Shown here: one piece after another, positions 59,982-64,000 of the stretch
Layout: each line of letters begins with the position of its first letter
Position numbering within the stretch: position 1 is the stretch's first letter
Origin: Faecousia sp.
Lineage (GTDB): Bacteria > Bacillota > Clostridia > Oscillospirales > Oscillospiraceae
NCBI GenBank assembly: GCA_045595885.1
Contig: JAZOBI010000052.1
Coordinates: 67,961-131,960, forward strand
Direction of reading: 5' to 3'
DNA: 64,000 nt
Translations under genes and position numbers: made by a program
Notes under the pieces: model-generated
What the model was told of the DNA's origin: nothing
The model's input: only the letters and a program-made list of their open reading frames with translations
Databases searched by the model: none

Positions 59982-60955
59982 TTTACGCACCGTCCTTTCT
60001 TACTGATCAGAGCAGCAACGGCCACAATGCCGCAAGCGGACAGAACCATCAGAAGCATAACCGGCACAGTCAGGAAATTGCCGGTATCGGGAGAATCGGG
60101 GTTCAGTTCCAGATTGCGGATCGCATCGTTCAGCGCATCGGCTGCAGCCTGCATTTCCTCGGCAGTACCGGGAGTTTCCAAATAAGCCATCACAACAGCC
60201 AGCGCGGCATCTACATGGGCAAAGCTATCCTCTGTGTAAAGGTCCTTATCAAGAGCCATCGCTTTCAGATAAGCCTTATTCAGCTCCACCAATTCCTGAT
60301 CAACATCGGTGGAAGCAGCAAGTTCCAGCGCGTCCACGGCGTCATACAAAGCCTGGGTCGCCGCATCCACATCAGTCTGCAGAGCATACATATCGGCCAA
60401 CAAAGACTCGGCTGCTTCCAAAGCTGCGGTCATAGCGGCATAGCTTTCGGCTGTATAATTCACAGGATCCATCGCCCGAGCCAGCAAAACCGCTTTGCGT
60501 AACTGCTGGAAATCGGCAGCAAAACGGCTCTGTTCAATGCTCAGTGTATTGCCTGCAGAATTGGTCATCTCACCGGAAACGGAGATACCGCCCTTTGTCA
60601 CACCGTTAAATATCAAGGTGACCAAGCAGGTGGAGTCTGCCTCATAATCACCGGAGCCGACCCAGGCCAGCTTAATAGTACCGGGGGTGTCCGAATTCAC
60701 AGAATGGTAGGTCAGACAATCCGAATTGACTTCCAGCCCGGAATAATTCAGATCCGCATCATCGAAGGTCAGTACAATCAGACCATCGGTAACAACCTCA
60801 TCGGTCACAATGGAAACAGCGGTAACACCGCTCTCCGGCTCCGTGACACTCAGCCACGCGCTGCCGGTTTCCGCTGCAAAAACCGATGTGCCCATGAATA
60901 CCATCGCAAAAACGGCAATCATAAGGCTGCAAATGATTTTTGTAACAGTTTTCAT
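59978..60955 (-). CDS. Sortase-anchored mini-scaffoldin-like protein: signal peptide, cohesin-like domain, 2 FIVAR repeats, SPDTG sorting signal
   Basis: Signal ...TSVFA; cohesin-like LTFDDADLNY / NSDTPGTIKLAWV / LVTLIF; FIVAR-like YTAESY...QTDVDAATQAL and YTEDSF...AADALNDAI; SPDTG + TM + KKGR tail. Confidence 0.75.
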   Translation of the reverse strand: MKTVTKIICSLMIAVFAMVFMGTSVFAAETGSAWLSVTEPESGVTAVSIVTDEVVTDGLIVLTFDDADLNYSGLEVNSDCLTYHSVNSDTPGTIKLAWVGSGDYEADSTCLVTLIFNGVTKGGISVSGEMTNSAGNTLSIEQSRFAADFQQLRKAVLLARAMDPVNYTAESYAAMTAALEAAESLLADMYALQTDVDAATQALYDAVDALELAASTDVDQELVELNKAYLKAMALDKDLYTEDSFAHVDAALAVVMAYLETPGTAEEMQAAADALNDAIRNLELNPDSPDTGNFLTVPVMLLMVLSACGIVAVAALISKKGRCVK

Positions 60956-61042
60956 TTTGTCCTCCTTAAAGAGAAAATGGAAGGCGCATCAAGAATACTC
61001 CCCTGATCCGCCAAATAGAGATTCGCACAATCTCATTGTTAT

Positions 61043-61071
61043 ATTTTACAACACCATGAAATCAATGTCAA
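61043..61071 (-). promoter_or_regulatory. Near-consensus sigma-A promoter of the scaffoldin-protease operon
   Basis: Minus strand TTGACA-17 bp-TAAAAT. Confidence 0.75.
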
Positions 61072-61195
61072 ACAAGCATTTTTGAAATTATGTACAAAAT
61101 CCAAACTGGGAATTTAGTCAAATAACTAAGAATGATGTAGATTTGTTACAATTACCCATAAGCGCGTTACAGAACGAAAATTTGCATTCCTAAAG

Positions 61196-61464
61196 CCGGA
61201 CTATTGCAACGGATGTTTGAATCTCTATGAAGGAAAAAGAAAAAGCAGAAAAGAACATTGTTCTTTCCTGCTTTTTGGTCCGAGTGTCGAGATACGTTTG
61301 CATTTTCATCCGGATCGGATGAAAATTATTGTGTCGCTGGGTCCCTTCCCAGCGAGCAACAGTCCACCGGACTATTGCAACTAATGTTCGAATCTCTATG
61401 AAGGAAAAAGAAAAAGCAGAAAAGAACATTGTTCTTTCCTGCTTTTTGGTCCGAGTGTCGAGAT
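61196..61464. repeat. 98-bp direct repeat (61196-61293 and 61367-61464; period 171 bp) duplicating the tRNA 3' end and terminator
   Basis: Copies differ at 3 positions; the spacer contains hairpins TTTTCATCCG/CGGATGAAAA, TCGCTGGG/CCCAGCGA and GCAACAGTCC/GGACTATTGC. Confidence 0.9.
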
Positions 61465-61523
61465 TCGAACTCGAGGCCTCTTGAACCCCATTCAAGCGCG
61501 ATACCAAACTTCGCCACACCCGG
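61447..61523 (-). tRNA. tRNA-Pro (GGG)
   Basis: CCGGGTG/CACTCGG acceptor stem, CTTGA-ATGGGGT-TCAAG anticodon arm, GTTCGAATC T-loop, encoded CCA. Confidence 0.95.
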
Positions 61524-61612
61524 ATATTTGCTTGCACGCCTCAGCGCTTGAGTATATTAGCACACCTTGCCGAAAAATGCAAGCATTATTTTTCATTTTT
61601 TGAAAAAATTTT

Positions 61613-61834
61613 TTATTCTCCTGCATCGGAGCGGATCACCTTGCCAATATTCCACAAAGTAACCACCTTTTTCTCTGCCTCCAGCTTCTCATTTTCGCTG
61701 TTATACTCCACATAAACGGTGTGGGCGCTGCAGTCGGCGCACTCCACCTGTACGCTCCAACCGCCTTCATGGGTCAAAATGCCGGCACCGCGGCAAATGG
61801 GGCATTCATCCAGTTCATAAAGGTTTTTTTCCAT
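61613..61834 (-). CDS. Small zinc-ribbon protein (Lar/restriction-alleviation-like)
   Basis: CPICRG...ECADC...WN pattern; AAGGAGG RBS. Confidence 0.75.
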   Translation of the reverse strand: MEKNLYELDECPICRGAGILTHEGGWSVQVECADCSAHTVYVEYNSENEKLEAEKKVVTLWNIGKVIRSDAGE

Positions 61835-61845
61835 ATATGTCCTCC

Positions 61846-62505
61846 TTATCGGAATACAGTTTCTGTAGTGTCAAAGATTTCCAAACGGCGGCAGGAAACA
61901 TGATCCGGCTTTAATCGGGGAAGATAGCGTTCAACAGCCGCGGAAATCAGCAAAGGATTCAAGCTGGGGTTCTGACAGCAAACCCGGGCTTGGATACAGA
62001 GGGTATTTTCATCTTCCTGCTTCAGGGAAATACTGCGAATCATGGGGATAATATCCTGCTCCACCGGGCCTTTCTTGCCCTTTTTTTCTACTGTCAGGCT
62101 CTGCCGGGAAAACAGTTTCCGAATGATTTGTACACCGTCTGAATTGATTCCATTATCATATTCCAGGGTAAGCAGGCAATCCAGCAAGGAGATTTCCTTG
62201 ATTTTATGCCCGCTTTCATAGGTCTGCAATACACGCACACCGGGAACAAGGGCATCGTTCAACCGGGAAGTAATCTCATCACAGGCAACACACTCCCCTT
62301 CCAGCTCAAAATCCAACAGTTCGCACTGGCTTTCCACGGCAACACTCATAGGAAGCGCAATAGAAACGGAGGGTCTGGGATTATATCCCTGGGTATGGGT
62401 CAGCGGGAGACCTGCCCGCTTGAAAGAGCGCTGAAAAAGGCGCATCAGGTCCAGGTGGGACATCCAAACCGCATCACCGGTCTTGGTAAAAAGTAACCTA
62501 GGCAT
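61846..62505 (-). CDS. Radical SAM-linked protein (TIGR03936/DUF2344-like)
   Basis: SHLDLMRLFQR..KRAGLP...QGYNPRP; follows the radical SAM gene. Confidence 0.9.
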   Translation of the reverse strand: MPRLLFTKTGDAVWMSHLDLMRLFQRSFKRAGLPLTHTQGYNPRPSVSIALPMSVAVESQCELLDFELEGECVACDEITSRLNDALVPGVRVLQTYESGHKIKEISLLDCLLTLEYDNGINSDGVQIIRKLFSRQSLTVEKKGKKGPVEQDIIPMIRSISLKQEDENTLCIQARVCCQNPSLNPLLISAAVERYLPRLKPDHVSCRRLEIFDTTETVFR

Positions 62506-64000
62506 CACATTCCACCTCCTTGAGAAGACAGTTGGCGCCGCAGCCAGCGCACCCTTCCCTGCAATCGGGGGTTATGGTTTCCCGATAGGCCTGGTGACGC
62601 TCCCGCAACAGGAATTTTTTCGTAACACCAACATCAATACTATCCCATGCAAGCTTCTCGTCCTCTCCAAAGCCACGGACCGTGTAGAAATTGGGGTCAA
62701 TGCCGCATTTTTGGAAGGCATCGAGCCAAATATCATACCGGAAATATTCATCCCAGCCATCCAGGCGGGCACCGTTTTTCGATGCTTCCTCAATAACGGG
62801 ACCTAATCTACGATCACCGCGGGCCATAACTGCTTCCAGCCGACTGAGGTTGGGCTCATGATAATCATATTCGATGGATTTGGAATAGAAATGGGATTTC
62901 AGCAGCTTGCATCGCCGCAGATACTCCTCTGTGGTAATTTGCTGTTCCCATTGGAAAGGCGTGTGCGGTTTGGGCACAAAGAAAGCGGTTGCCACATGGA
63001 CACGCAAACCCCGCTTTTTATTGGTAGCGTTAGCCTGCCAGCACTTGATAATTTTATAGACCAGCTCCGCGATACCCAGCACATCCGCATCCGTTTCCGT
63101 AGGCAAGCCAAGCATGAAATAGAGCTTGACATTATTCCAGCCTCCGGCAAAGGCGTTTGCGCAAGTGGTGAGGATTTCTTCTTCCGTAAGATTCTTGTTG
63201 ATCACATCCCGCAGCCGCTGTGTGCCGGCTTCCGGCGCAAAGGTCAGGCCGGATTTGCGAACAGTCTGCAGTTTTTCCATCAATTCCCTGGAAAAGTTAT
63301 CCGCGCGGAGGGACGGAACTGACAAATTGATATTATGCTCCTGACAATAGGGAATCAGCTCATCGGTCAATTCCTTCAAGCCACGATAGTCGGATGTGGA
63401 CAAGCTGGATAGTGTGATTTCATTGTGACCGGAATATTCCATGGTTTCCACGGCCTGGCGATACAGCACATCGGGGCTCTTTTTCCGCACCGGGCGGCAG
63501 GAAAAACCAGCCTGGCAGAAACGGCAGCCACGGATGCAGCCGCGGAAAACCTCCAGATTGGCCCGTTCATGAACAATTTCCGTGGAAGGAACGATCATTT
63601 TGATGGGCCAATAAGCCTTGTCCAAATCTTCAACGATTCGCTTGGTAATCACCGCGGGAGCACCATGAAGGGGGGTAATGCTCTCCAGGGTACCATCTTT
63701 TTGATAGCTGTGCAGATAGAAAGAAGGAACATAGACGCCGGGTATTTTGGAAACCTCCAGCAAAAACGCCTCCTTGCTCCAGCCCTCAGCCTTTGCCCGG
63801 TCATACAGGGAAACAATATCCACAGTAATCTCTTCTCCCTCACCCAAGGAAAAAAAGTCCACAAAGTCAGCCAGAGGCTCTGGATTAAAGGCGCACACAC
63901 CACCTGCGAACACCATATTATGCAGCCCATGCCGATCTTTGGCATACAGGGGAACACCGGCCAGGGAAAGCATATTTAAAATGTTGGTATAGCACATTTC
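62498..64000 (-). CDS. B12-binding-type radical SAM protein (TIGR03960-like), 5' end outside the window
   Basis: RGCIRGCRFC (CxxxCxxC), LSSLSTSD, TFAPEAG, LYFMLGLP, PKPHTPFQW. Confidence 0.92.
   Translation of the reverse strand, partial: EMCYTNILNMLSLAGVPLYAKDRHGLHNMVFAGGVCAFNPEPLADFVDFFSLGEGEEITVDIVSLYDRAKAEGWSKEAFLLEVSKIPGVYVPSFYLHSYQKDGTLESITPLHGAPAVITKRIVEDLDKAYWPIKMIVPSTEIVHERANLEVFRGCIRGCRFCQAGFSCRPVRKKSPDVLYRQAVETMEYSGHNEITLSSLSTSDYRGLKELTDELIPYCQEHNINLSVPSLRADNFSRELMEKLQTVRKSGLTFAPEAGTQRLRDVINKNLTEEEILTTCANAFAGGWNNVKLYFMLGLPTETDADVLGIAELVYKIIKCWQANATNKKRGLRVHVATAFFVPKPHTPFQWEQQITTEEYLRRCKLLKSHFYSKSIEYDYHEPNLSRLEAVMARGDRRLGPVIEEASKNGARLDGWDEYFRYDIWLDAFQKCGIDPNFYTVRGFGEDEKLAWDSIDVGVTKKFLLRERHQAYRETITPDCREGCAGCGANCLLKEVECDA

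Noticed and set aside
54051-60185. 2044-aa plus-strand ORF as a real gene
   Set aside because: Codon-aligned antisense shadow of the subtilase with no recognisable motifs or RBS; explained by avoidance of TTA/CTA/TCA codons
61080-61155. CodY-like boxes upstream of the scaffoldin promoter
   Set aside because: The best match by eye has about 5 mismatches to AATTTTCWGAAAATT in AT-rich DNA
54108-61293. Protease operon as a genomic island integrated at tRNA-Pro
   Set aside because: The duplicated tRNA end lies only 171 bp from the tRNA and does not bracket the operon; I saw no distal att copy or integrase, and codon usage looks native
61196-61464. CRISPR array
   Set aside because: Only two 98-bp copies derived from the tRNA end and terminator; no cas genes and no repeat-spacer periodicity
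61190-61537. 115-aa ORF with an internal repeat
   Set aside because: It overlaps tRNA-Pro and the DNA duplication; the peptide repeat only mirrors the non-coding repeat

Overview
A 64-kb stretch of mostly core chromosome from a spore-forming Clostridia bacterium; gene content and order suggest Oscillospiraceae (inference). In order it holds a XerC/D-type recombinase, two divergent XRE regulators, radA, cwlD/cotJ spore genes, glf with a GT2, and a MarR/AKR/MFS unit. Next come spoIIIAA-AH-asp23-nusB-tsaD-like-xseAB-ispA, pantothenate salvage genes (panT-coaX / coaBC), tepA-uppP-ftsK, tig-clpP-clpX-lon-engB, and rplS-lepB-ylqF-rnhB-yraN. The right end has an orphan MsmX/MalK ATPase, a GH42 beta-galactosidase, a two-gene surface-protease operon, tRNA-Pro(GGG), and the TIGR03960/TIGR03936 radical-SAM pair (cut by the window edge). 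I saw no CRISPR array, transposase or prophage. The best candidate for a novel system is the coupled operon at 54108-60955. It pairs a small sortase-anchored (SPDTG) protein carrying a cohesin-like domain and two FIVAR repeats with a ~1957-aa subtilase that has no wall anchor but has a dockerin-like insert. This suggests cellulosome-style cohesin-dockerin tethering of a protease. Other notable items: a structured msmX leader whose only strong Shine-Dalgarno lies ~120 nt upstream of the AUG; an intact threonine-synthase homolog lacking the PLP lysine and a central domain; a degenerate UppP; a tRNA 3'-end tandem duplication with an anti-T-arm; and four CAAC-N5-GTTG operators between the XRE genes. 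All calls come from motif reading by eye; no database searches were run. Several start codons were moved from the ORF track to RBS-supported positions.
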